Shown here: one piece after another, positions 26,703 through 39,206 of the stretch
How the letters are laid out: every line of letters starts with the position of its first letter
How positions within the stretch are numbered: position 1 is the first letter of the stretch
Origin: Amoeboaphelidium protococcarum X5
Taxonomy: Eukaryota > Fungi > Aphelidiomycota
Length of the DNA stretch: 64,000 bases
Assembly (NCBI GenBank): GCA_023515725.1
Contig: JALDTO010000013.1
Location: 62,001 to 126,000 of the forward strand
Direction: 5' to 3'
Program-made: the position numbers and the translations under genes
Notes under the pieces: model-generated
Seen by the model: only the letters and a program-made list of their open reading frames with translations
Told to the model about the DNA's origin: nothing
Databases searched by the model: none

Positions 26703-27794
26703 TCATGCAAAATAGAATTAGGCGCTTTAGAGCAATGTGACAATAGCAGCGACAATCGCGACTCCAAACAATATCAATTCATAAGTAGTCTTCAATACGT
26801 TATGCCCATGATGCTCCAGTATTGTGCTATTATATAGAAACAAAGACGCAGAAAATACAGAGCATAAAATAATCACAAACTTGGTGCCGACTCCAAACAT
26901 TTCCATAATTAAGGTACATAGAAGAAACATTGGGGCTAGAGTTGCGATCGTTTGTACGCAATGATTAACAGAGTTGAGTTCAATCAGGACATCAGGCTGA
27001 ATAACTTGAGTTTTACGCCCAGTACCATGCGCAACTCGCTCCTCCACTGGATGTTCGCCAAAGAATATCAAATGCTGATTGCGTATCTTCCAATTTCTTT
27101 TTATCAATAACAACAGATACATAAACAATAAAGCTGCACACGTCATTCCAATATAGGGATCTCTTACTTGTCCACGGTATAATCTACTGCTCGACAATAA
27201 ATGACGCGATGGCTCATAAGGAAATAGGCGATCTTCAGCAGATTGTAGGCGAGGCTAAACTTCCTACTAGACAAACTCTTCGACAAACTCTTCGACAACC
27301 TCACGCCAATAACGTGGATCATACTTAGAATGAGAGAGATATTTTTACCATTCAGCAGCATTGAAATATGGTTTAGATTGGAAATACTCTGAAAACTCGG
27401 AACTAGAGAATACTTGCGACCAATTACTAATCTTCTGGCCCGCCTCTTTGACAGCTTCTTCAGTGCCATGACGCGACTTTCTTAAAGTGGATTATCCGAG
27501 TTGACGAGCCTCCCTCCACAAATCCTTGACACGATCAACTACATTCTCCGCCAAGTCCACAGCCTTGTTACCAATTGCCTATCTTAGGTTGGTGACGCGA
27601 TTCAGCAAGCTTCTCAGTTTCGAGTGCGATTCTTCAGTTGCCTCACCTTGCTGCAACTCTCTTTGCAACTGACGCGAAACATCTTCTAAATACTCAACCA
27701 AACTCATCAACTCCTCATCAATATTAAACACCAACTACTCTGCCTTCTCGACAGTTTCCAATTCTTCTTCTTTGCTTCTCTTAGATTTAGACAT
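26703..27794 (-). CDS. Hypothetical membrane protein (coiled-coil N-half, about four TM segments)
   Basis: 364-codon frame with TAR=Gln, includes ORF 26727-27197. Confidence 0.65.
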
Positions 27795-28098
27795 TGTGAT
27801 TGATTATCGATGTTTAATCAGAAAGTATTGCACATAGTCTTTATATCCACAGACAATTCAATGATGATTGTGATATGACACATATATGGATTGTATTGCG
27901 ACTTAGTGATGCGTAATGACTGAGCGTATTGTTGTTTCAGCCTTTGCGCACGAGTTTTATCGCAGCACGTTTATTTTCTCGAATTTCAACCATTGATTCG
28001 CTAGCAGCTTTTCCCTAGAAACGTCACATTAAAATTTCTCTTTGTCATCATTATATAGAAGCAATAAATCGTATTTACTAGATTTAGTAGATAAGAAT

Positions 28099-28281
28099 AT
28101 GGATGTGGCTAGACTGACAACAAACTTGAGATTTGCAACTATGGGCTAATAAACGCCGTCTTCCTCTCCGACATCCCCTCTGTAATCTGCTTGGTCGTTT
28201 CTGAAAGGTCCTTCCACTATCAAGAAGGCGGATAATTCTCCGCAGACGTCTCCGTAAATGCCTCATAAAGAGTAAAAGTGA
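28099..28281 (+). CDS. Possible 60-aa Ser/Pro-rich microprotein
   Basis: ATG..TGA frame MDVARLTTNLRFATMGQQTPSSSPTSP..; no recognised family. Confidence 0.3.
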
Positions 28282-28901
28282 TTTATCGTCATTTGATATA
28301 TATATAGATTGAGTATTCTTTTTGAAAGACGTTGGCTTTATTCTAATTTATGTTTGGTGAGAAACTGTATACAAACACTCTGATGTCTTTTTGTCGATAA
28401 CGTAACACCGAAGCGATCCGGTTGAAATTCTGGCAATGAGTAACGATCGTTTCACTCTAAAACACCTCTGCATGAGGATTGAAGAGTAAATCATTAATTG
28501 TTACTTTTACGGGATTCACTGTATGCCTTGTCACGTTTAAGATGATTATCAGAATCGTTCTCAATAGTTATGTTGCTGGCATTCAGACTGCAGGAGGTAC
28601 TCTATTTGTCGCAACTGCACCTGTTGTACTTGATCGGTGAGATATTTTATTTGCGCTAAGTCCAGGACTAAACATATCTTAACTTCTAATTCTTGGGCTC
28701 AGCGCATTAGTTATAGGAACAATTCTCCGCCATCACGACTATCCAGTCAAATGTTCCGTTTCTCAGAGACTTTCGTTTCTCGCGTTCCTTCGTACTTCTC
28801 TCCATTGTCTTTCAGCTTCTATTCTATACTTTGTAGTATTTATAATCCGAGTTGATTTGAGTTATAGTCATCATTATTGCTGAGAAATAAAGTGATTTTA
28901 T

Positions 28902-31900
28902 ATGATTTTACAATATTTGGAAAGAGTAAAAGCTATTGCATAGTCATAAAGTTTGAAAGAAGCCTAAGAGTAGTTGGACGCGTTCATTGATGAGTGGTTG
29001 AATGGTGTCAAGGAGAAGATCAAGTATACTGACAAGAAGCATGCGTGCAATAAGGTATTCGCTAATGGAGACTTGATATATCGTTGTATTGATTGTGGTG
29101 CGGATAATACTTGTGTAATGTGTCATGAGTGTTTCCAGAACTCTGCCCACGTCAAACATCAGTACTCTGTGCATGTGAGCCGGCAAGGTGGCGGTTTGTG
29201 TGATTGCGGTGACTCTGAGGCTTTCAGCTAGCATTACGCTTGTTCATTGCATTAATACGATAGTAGCAGTGATAGATTGGCTGAAAGTAGCACCGCCTAG
29301 GTTGATAATGACGAAGCTAAAGTTGTTGATGGGTTCATCAAAGATGTGGTCTAGTTGTTGTGTCTCACGCTCGTTCTAGGTCATAATTTTGAAAGTGTCC
29401 CGTCAGATTTTAACAGGGATATCTTCTTCCGTTAAGGAGACTTTCCGGATCATGAAAGGTTTGCTTTGATCTTGTGGAATGATGAGTATCATTCTTTTGA
29501 TGAAGTTATCGAGATTGTGGAAGAGTGTTCAGATGAATTTGATGGTCGAGCTGTGGCATAGACTGTTGATTAGGTTGGTCGCCATATTCTGCATGTATCT
29601 GAAGATTGTGAGGTTTTGCTTAGAATGAACAGACTGTTGGTAAATTAATCTGGATTGGCTGCATCTATTATCCCTTTTGCATATGTCGTGTATCAGGAAT
29701 GTGCGTATAAACTCTCGCGCATGTTGAACTAACTTTCGTCTGAGTCTGAGCAAGTTAGAGCCTTCACATCTAAGCATTTGTTGGATATCTCTGTTTTGAG
29801 CTAATTACTATATTAGAATGAGGATTTGTTTTTTATGGGGACCGATAATTTTTGGGATTTGATTGCAGTACCTATCTCTCAGTTGAGCGCGGTTAAGCTA
29901 TTGATCCTGCTTGATTATTAGCTATGGAAGCAATACCGCCAACTGCAAAAGGAACTTTTTGGTAATGTATTTCTGTCTGGCGACTCGGATAAGATTCAGT
30001 TTTCTGTTTAGTATTCGTCACTGTATGACTTGATGTATGGACAATACTTGAATAGTGAACGCGATTTGGAGCACAATCTTGTCCATTACTCTGTGCAGTT
30101 GTTTACCACGCCTTCGATTGCACAGGCTTTAGAGTAGAATCGTGATAAGTCTCAACTGAAGTTGTGTCTGGAAACGTTGTGTGATGAGCTGTTCGTAGCT
30201 CAGTCTGATCTCCTTGATGAAGGCCATCTATTCTATACTGGGCGTCAAATGTGCTAGTTGAGTTCTGACCATAATCTTTTTAGAAGGCGTCTTTACTCTA
30301 GCATTTTTAATGATGCGATCTACATCCTGCAAGTGAAGAATATCACAACGTATATTGATTATTAATCGGTGTCCCGTGTGTATATTCAGCTTCTATATTA
30401 ACTCTAAAATATGGTCAGTGAACCACGTAAAACTGGTACCCATGTGGAGTATGAGCGGCAGGATTGGATACAGGCGTTTAATTTCCTCTTCTCACTGGGC
30501 CCATTGATATAGAACATGGCTCAGTCCTTGAAGAGAGATGGTAACAAGGAGGTTTTGCTTAGCCTAATGCAAAAATAGATGCTTTGTTTGGTTGATTTGT
30601 TCAATGGCTATTTTCATGGCTCTAAGGAAGATGAAGAGTAAAGAATTCAACTCTTTGGAGTCCTGGGCTCTCTATTTGAGGGAGAGAAAGATTATTACTC
30701 TACTCGCTTTAAAGTCTCCGTTTAACACGGTACGTTCTTTAATCCACTGTACTGGTCTTTAGGGCAGGTGTGCAAAGTTGCATTGTAACTAGGCCTCGAT
30801 TTTAGTGATTTCATGCGCTAGAATCCCTTCAGTAATGTTCAATCGGCTGTTTTGGGAGACGCTTTGATTGAACATCCGCTGCGTGTGATGAGTCTCATGG
30901 CTCAAGTCAAAGCGGGATTGTGGGTTAGAAATGGAAGCTCCGTTCAGATGTAAATGATCAACTATTGTAAACCGTTTGTCAGGGCTTTTGCGTATGATAG
31001 TGAGCTGTTTCTACTTCAGATGGCCTCTTTGATCATCTCACCTCGGCAATTGTGTTTTAATATCATGGACAAGTTTGAATTAATATCTTTGTACTAGGAG
31101 GGGGATAGTGAAGGGAGTTAAAAGCTGTAGTTGAAACTTCGAGATATGCCGTGCTGATTCAAGAGTTTCTTAGATTAATTATATACTTGGTTACTGATTA
31201 CATGCGTCCGATAGGTGCTGCTGATGAGGCTATTATGCGTGATGAAGTTCTTCACATCCTATTCACTGGTGATAAGCCTTATTAAGAAATTGCCGAGAGT
31301 CTCCTGGGTAGATTTGATAATGATTCACATCAATTAGGCAAGATCCTTGGCGAAGTGGCGGATATGATTTTGCCAGAGAAACTGGATGCTGTTGGTCTTT
31401 TCAAAGTTAAAGATTAGTATTTGAAGTTGTACAACTGCTTCCACTTTTAGTATTCTGGAAAGTAATTGAATGATTCGCTGCTGTACATGACAGAGCGCGG
31501 GTGGACTTTAAAAGATTCTCAGGTCTTCCTTGATATCTGTTTAGCTGCCCTAGAATCGAGTCAGTTTAAAGTTTTGATCAATGTTGTTCGCCTCCTGGAT
31601 GACCTTATTTATGATGTCGTAATGAAGTTTGTGGAGGAGAATGAGATTGAGCAATTATTTGCATTTGAGGTCATCTACTTGCTGTAAATGTACTTCCATC
31701 CCCGAGTGTATAAGTCCCCAAGTGGTAGGAGATCTGCTAGAATGGTGTTGAAGCAGTTGAAAGAGTGTGATGCTTATGCTGACTATTTGGACGTTATTGA
31801 AGAATTTCTCTGCAAAGAAAGTGCACCTGGCATAGCGTAAAGGGACATTGATACAAATGACGGTAGTTAAAGCACTGAATTAAGTGCTTCTGAGTCAAAA

Positions 31901-34237
31901 ATCAATGATGAGCTTTAAAGATCATAAAGCTAGAGAGACTTGGCCAGAGAGAAGTAGAAGGCTATCATGGAGTAATTCAAGAAAGCTCAGAGTTCTTTTG
32001 TTGCGTCCGTACAAGAGGAGTATGATGATACCGACGACCATGATGAGGATATGATGGATAGCTAGGAACATTCGAATTATCAAGACGCAGAATAGCAAGA
32101 GCCCTGTGATGCTTGTGACAAGTATGCTGAAGAACTTGATTAGAAATGGGAGTCTGATCATGGAAACTGTATGGCGTGTCAAGAATAGTTGGTATTTGGA
32201 GAGAAGGAATTTGGTATAGTGGCTTATATGTCAATCTAATCGAACCATAAATAATTCAATGCTGGATAAGTTGATTTTTCGGCTGATGAATTCAACAATT
32301 CTCTTAATACCGAGTCTATGGATGCCAAAATGCAAGTTTAGGTCGCTCGTTAGTTCACTCCTCAGCTTTATACTCATTCATGTGGTCATGCGGTGCATTT
32401 TGAATGCTTTTAATAACTTCCTGTTGGTTTGAATTCTATTGTGAGATGCCCTCTATGTAATTCTGTATGTAATGTTGTCATTCCGCAGGAAAAGAATTTA
32501 TATCTTATTGCTGCACTGCACAAATTCATTGATTACAATAGCTTCCAATAGATGTTGCATTTATTTGGCCAAGTTATCGATTGCGATGCTTTTCCACGGT
32601 CCCAACCTCCGGCGTCTCTCTAAATGCTGTAGTTCAGAAACTAGTTATGTTTAATAAATAGGTTTAAAGATACTTATAACAATGCTCGTGTATAATAGAG
32701 AAAATAAGAGTTACGCGATACCTTAAGTTAAATGCAGCTGGTGGACGTTTCCGACTTGTTTTAAAGTTAATTATCCACTATTATCCGTGCATAAAGCTGT
32801 CAGTATAGTGTATATGATGGTGAAGTAATCAAGTCTTTAGTAGAATCCATAGCTGATGCTTAAATACACGCTGGCAATAATCACCTCTCTGAGGTTGAGT
32901 TGAGACTATTGAGATCATTAGTTGCTCTGGTATCATAGAATAGAATATTAGCAGGTGTTGATTTTCATGGCTAAGTGTATGATGCTTATTTATGTGAAAT
33001 GATTTGTGGTAAGAATTGGATACCATCACAGCGTAATGAAGTTCTTATTCCATTAATTCAAAGCCTACGGAATAGAAGCATTCTGCTGGCTATGCATAGT
33101 GAATAGTTTAGAATGCATCTATTTAGCTACTTGATTTTGCACAATTCTGCCGCGATGATTATTTCTGCGTTTGGTCCTGGTTCAGCCTTCCTCTGGTAGC
33201 TGATTGAACGCGTCAATGAGTTTGGTAATTAACGTGATTCCATCAACTTCAGGGATTATCAAGACACTCTTGACTCAATGAGTTCAGTTTAGAGGTTCAC
33301 TATTGATGTCCTGCATCTGGTCACTTCATGTAGTACATACTTTTAAGGGCATTTAAAGAACATTGATCACGTTAGGCTGGACAAACTCATGATTAAATTT
33401 GTTCTGGATAGAAGTGAGCAGTAATGGATTGATTTCTATGATGGATGGAACGCGAGAGTGAAATAGTCCTTCAGTGTTATAAGTTGTATTTTTGAATTGG
33501 ATTCTACTCTTCATGATAGTCAGTTCTAAAAAGTGCACAATCTATCGATATCCTCTCTGGTAACTCTTTAAGAATACAAGAGTGTTTATATGCTTATAAT
33601 GAGCTAATTGTCCGAGTATGATGACAGTCTTGCCTAGAGATCACGCTTTCTGCCTAGAAATCATCAATAGCAGTCCGAATTTTAGTATACGAGCAGTAGC
33701 ATTGACATGGATGCTGCACTGGATGATTTGAAGTAGGTTGCCAATCGGATACCTCTTTTAGATAACACTGTGCCTTATTTCAAAGTATTTACGCCAATTG
33801 AACTGCCTCATACATACAACGACGTTCTTGTGCATTATGCCTCACAACAGTGCAAAGAGTGTAATACTGTTCCTAATGAGATTGGGGTTTGCCTTTTGTG
33901 TGGTAAAGTGGTCTGTGTCATGGGCTATTGCTGTTTGGACCGAGATCAAAGTAGAGGTGAATGTAATGCTCATATGAGCAATTGCTGTATCGATGCGGGA
34001 ATGTTCTTGGTGGTGAAGAAGTGTAAAATTCTATTACTTGCGCGTAACATTGGTGCATGTTATGTGCCTGCTCCGTATCTAGACGTTAATGGAACGACTC
34101 AAATTGGAAATGTAATGACTTTGAACAAAAGGCGATACCAGCAGTTGGTGTAGATGTATCTGAAGAATGACATTCCTCAATACATTGCGTCAAAAGTGGA
34201 AAGATTGGCATTGTCTAACAATTGGTAATAAATGTGA
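28902..34237 (+). CDS. UBR1: N-end rule E3 ubiquitin ligase UBR1 (frame change near 31108-31130)
   Basis: UBR box CNKVF..YRCIDCGADNTCVMCHECF..CDCGD; ClpS-like LWNDEYHSFDEV; AGLWVRNG; RING SCGHAVHFECF; C-term CLLCG..GECNAH..PYLD. Confidence 0.93.
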
Positions 34238-34378
34238 ACTTCAATTTCTATATAATGCATCTATGATATATATATTGTTGTATGATTTCACAAGGTGAAT
34301 CATTGAATTGAGTTTTGCTTTCATAGGCTCAAGATTGATATAACAGTATTATCATCATCAATTTGGTACCCGGCTGTC

Positions 34379-35410
34379 TCATTTCATGTCCAGATATCTT
34401 TTGAGATAATCATAAATGACAAAAGCGAAAGCATTGGCAGGTATAGTCTTATACCAATTGATGCTGAGACCAATAAAGAAAGTCCGCCAACCTTCGGTAG
34501 AAACAATAATCTTGAGAGCATCCAAAGTGTGTCGATAGAACGGGTAAGGTGCCTGACTATTCATGGCCATACGAGCAGCGACACCGTGCAATTGCATCCT
34601 ATGTCGTATAGTGTCAAAAGGATACGCGAATGATTGGCCAAGTATACCAGACAGGCCACCAACGAGTAAATGTGCCGGAATTATAAGTCTCTACTCACCT
34701 TTACCATCCGTAAATGTGAGCCAATGCAAGTACGGATTCGAAAGCGATTACTCGATGCACTACTTCTTCATGTAGTGATAACTGGAAAACGAAGTACCCG
34801 CATATATAACAACACCACACATCGTGGCTCCGAATCCTTTATAGAAGCCATTCAATCCACCCTCTTTATAAATCTCAGCGATTGTCGGCGAGATACCATA
34901 CGAGGAATTGTACAATCTGATCTGATAAGCCATCCGCGATCTAATCACTTCAAGCGGGTAAGTCAGTAGAACTGCAGCATTACCCGCAAGACTTCCTGCC
35001 AGAAAATGTCTCCATGGACTATCATACTCAGCGCTGGGTATCAGATACATGCGAATCTACTCGTAAGTCATAAATCGAACGGCAGCAGAAGGTATAATCC
35101 GGAGGAGCATCACACCGTGTCCTTGGTACATACCATAAACTCCCTCGCGCTAATAAATCGTATAAACAGCCTTAAATGGACCGAATCTCTGCTGCGAATA
35201 CTTGTAATAATGCGGATTATGAGCTTGGAATAAGATCTTCACACGATCGAGCGGTGCCGTTAAAGTTTTCGCCAATCCACCACTGATACTGCCCGCAATC
35301 AGCGACTTTATGAAATAGTTCCATTTACCTGAAGTAGGTTGTTCATCAATAGTAGGTTCTTTTCCCTTTAACTTACTATTTAGTTTCTCTTGATGTTAAT
35401 TTCGAGTCAT
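34379..35410 (-). CDS. LEU5: Mitochondrial carrier, CoA transporter type (Leu5/SLC25A16)
   Basis: APLDRVKILFQ, YPLEVIRSR, YPFDTIRHRMQ, FFIGLSINWYK; 344 codons. Confidence 0.85.
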
Positions 35411-35589
35411 AGTAAGAGTAGCGATTATATCCGCCCAAAGTAAATCTTGATCATCAAAATGAGAGAAAATTAAGATCATTTGATCAGACAAGACACTCGT
35501 TAGTGATTAGAAAATCTATTTTAAAACCTGGAATTTTTTTTAAAGCATAAACTATTTGAAGAGTAAGAGTTGGAATATATTAGATAAGG

Positions 35590-37080
35590 TCACCATTCAA
35601 GATTAGTCTTAGTAGCACCGGTGTTCTTAATGGGATGATATTCAGTCAAAAGATCGTGAGAACTAAGCAGAGAGTGATAGACAGATTGATCAACAGCGCT
35701 CGTCGGATCTACCACCGGGATGGAACGATATACATCTTCCAACTGCTTGAGTTTCTATCTATGTTCTTCCAAAGTTTTAAAATCTAATTTTATCTATCCA
35801 CCACCATTAATACAGCCACTCGGACACGCCATGATTTCAATGTAATTATAAGGTATCTGATCAGCTTTGAGTCGCAATTACCTTACACTTTCATCTTCCA
35901 CATAATCTGATTATTGATGACGAGATTTTCTCAAACCTTTTAATTAAAGTGTCCTCTTTGACTAAAGTGCATTAGATTACTTGCCTTATGTTAAAGATCT
36001 GACTATATTCTGAATATTCTTCAATCCATAACAATAAGCACCACGGAACAATATTTCATCATTGCCGCGCACTATGATCACATCTTGAATATCTGCATTC
36101 TTACCAGGCAATGTGGCAACTTGTATATTACTAACATCTTATAAATCAAGCATGACTCTATCAATAATATACTGTAAATAACCACCAGATGAAGAGCCTG
36201 AGGAGCGATAAAATTCTGGACAGTCTGTATTCATCGAGAATTACAGTGGCGTATATGGCTATTCCGTCATCATCTACAAATCTAAACCTTCCTCTTATAT
36301 AAACGCGTCCAACTCCATGGTGGTAAGTACTAAATCAACATCATGACTTTCAGTATCAGAATCTGCAAAATCTGGCCTAGTTGCTTCAAGCTTTTTATCC
36401 GCACACGGCATAACAGACACAGTGTACTACACGTCTTGATCGAGGTGTTTCTTGCACAATAACCCAAAAATCTACTATGGAGATCTGACTTTGGATATAT
36501 ATGGAATACAATCAGGTAGAGTCTTTTCAGCAAGGCATATAAACCCAGGACATGATGAAGTGATAACAGGAGATGCCAGCGATGTTTACACGTAATTCGA
36601 CACGCGACGACTTTTGTACTCATTGTAAGCCTCAATCAGTGCTAAATTCCTCATGATCGATGTATCAGTCAATGTGATATTACATTATGCATTGTACTTT
36701 TATGGTAGATGATGGGAAAAGAACCACTACAATCGACGCATAATTTAAACGTGCGTGAGGCCGAACTTGAATGCCAGTGATGATCTTGATTGAGGGCTGA
36801 TTGCGACGACAATATTGTTATGGATGCTGAGATTCCGTATCAGCTCAGAATACTAATGCTACTAAATAAGAACAGTCTCTGCAGATGTAATACATCCAGA
36901 GCACGCGAGACAATCCTGCAATTGAATCTAGCCAAATACTTTTGCATCTCCAGATCCCGATTGTTGCTATTACTACTACATATTCCTAGGCTCCAATCCA
37001 GTCTTCTCCTCTTCACCCTTCACGCACAAATTAGCTGGTGCAATATAATCATTCAACTCTGTCAACACTACTCCAGTCAT
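35590..37080 (-). CDS. NAR1: Cytosolic Fe-S assembly factor Nar1/IOP1
   Basis: [12 protein letters not shown](Q)[43 protein letters not shown]-term LEW; 497 codons. Confidence 0.93.
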
Positions 37081-37453
37081 GATAGTAGATAAATAACAAC
37101 ACGCTATTCAGTTAATAGTTTTTTAGAGTCAGTAAGGCTCTGTGACACAGGAAAAGAAAAGGAGAAAAAGAGACGAAGATCATTTGAGAGATGAATTCAC
37201 TTGAGGAGCTTAACCTCAATCAGTTTAAATTCCCGATCTTCGTTTCAGATTACCTTACATTGTGCTTTGTAACGTTTATTGATTGTTAAGCGGGAATTCC
37301 ATCCTTAAATGTTGTATGCTTTTAATTACGTACGTTTTTTAGGCAATTGTTCTCGTTCGTTTCATTAGAAATTTCCATTGTTTCTTCTTCTTTGTTGTGT
37401 AAAAGCGCATAATAATCTATTCATTCATACTTACCTAACTTTTATTATTGAAT

Positions 37454-38956
37454 ATGTCGGGCTAAATTATGAAGTTTATCAATAAGGATTTAGAGCATGA
37501 TGAGATATATCACAGTTTGTTACGTTAGCAAAATAGTAATAGTCACCATGATGATGGCACAGCTCAAGCTCGGTCTCCAGAGTTTGATGTGGCTGCACCT
37601 CCTACTGTGAGTCAGGCTGGTGTTTCCAGTGCAGCTAATTCGTCTGCTTAGTAAAGCACTTAATCTACTATTTAGTTATCTGATAATGCTCTTGGAACTA
37701 ATTAAAGTAACAATCTGATTGATATTGACTTATTCTCTGAGGATATTCGTCAATTCATAGTGGAGTACGTGAAAGTTTATAGTTAAATAGCTGATGTTAA
37801 CAGTAAGAGTTTGTGGTTTGCAGTCCATGGACTTTTTTAAGGCTATAGGTAGTAAGACTTGGTCGGTATACGTGATGACATTGACGTAAGTCCTCAATTG
37901 CTTAAAGATTATTATCAATAACATCTGGCTCAATTGGACGTTACTGATTAAAGTAACTTGGGAACTAATTACAGTGAAGATAATGGATAAGATTAATTCA
38001 GAGATGGGGAGTTATTTTTTAAAGTCAAGTAGAAATAGTCTCCTAGAGCAAAAAGAACTATGCCTTATGCGTCTACTTCTCCCATTAGGCCATAGTTTAA
38101 ACGCGCTAAACCTCTGGCTAGTGATTCTTTTGTATCATCCACTCCTCGAGGCATGCCTGTTTAAGTTGAGGATAACTAGACTACTGTTGTATTTAAAAAC
38201 AACATATTGACATCGTAGTCTGGTGAATAATCTCGATAGAGTTCACAGAAATCTAGCTAGTAAAAAGATCATAGTGTCGTGGTCATTGATGATACTGTGG
38301 ACTCTAGCTTCAAGATTGGAAATGATATATCTGAAGAGTTCAATGTTCATCCGTAGAAGTTGCCCACTAATGTTTCTCGTGTGCATGTTGATTTTAGTCA
38401 AGAGTCTACTCATAATATTCCTAATGCTTAATCTCAATCATAGCCAACTTAAACTACTGATTCATCTTAACGAAAGAGAACATTGCTCACTAAGAAGGAG
38501 AAGTTGAAGCGATAGATAAGAAATATATGCGAAGCGTTCAATACAACGGAGTTGGCTGTATTGAATGCTCTGTTTTCTTGCAATGGAGATATAATAACGA
38601 CCAGGAGGTATTTTGCTTTGCAGGAATCCAGAAAGTCTGTGATTAGAGACATGTATTTTACCAGGCGAGATGACGCGATCATTGGACGATATCTGGACCA
38701 GGAGAATAGCAGTTTGTACAAGCGTGATATGTATTCAACTCAGGAAATTAAGGATTTCATCATACATGCCAAGACGCCGTAGCAACGTCTGCGAAAACTG
38801 GGTTTGCTCAACTTTGTGCCAAAATCTTAGTATGATAGTCAATACTGGACAGTGGAGTAAATGGCTCGTCTCCGCGGTGATCATATTGTTGAGAAGCGTG
38901 TCAATTTTCTCAAACAGTTTGAGGATGTAGCCATTCAAAAACTTCTCAGCAGTTGA
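37454..38956 (+). CDS. RAP1: Telomeric Rap1 (TERF2IP)-like protein: Myb plus RCT domain
   Basis: Myb-like FSEDIRQFIVEYVK..SLW..QLLKDYY(QQ)HL; RCT-like ALFSCNGD..FTRRDD..RGDHIVEKRVNFL; 501 codons. Confidence 0.65.
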
Positions 38957-39206
38957 TATTATCGCACAACGTTGTTGTTGATTAAATGGTTGGTGATTTA
39001 ATGTAATTTGTTTTGACACTGATAAAGATGACTCTTATTGATGTTCAGTGTGCGTATCATATTTCTATTTTGTTTCAAAACTTTTGTTGTTGAAAACAAT
39101 TGAACCGTTTCAGATTCAAAGCGATTTTGTCGTTTCACCATTCTCTCAATCTCTCTCTCTTCAGTCATTGTTATAGAACGCATATTTGGAATATAAATTG
39201 ATACTA

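Noticed and set aside
27270-27297. 12-nt direct repeat ACAAACTCTTCG x2
   Set aside because: Small in-frame coding duplication (EEFV x2); not a CRISPR repeat or target-site duplication
37427-37436. ATACTTACCT matching the U1 snRNA 5' end
   Set aside because: Followed directly by an AT-rich leader and the Rap1-like ATG; no U1 stems or Sm site seen
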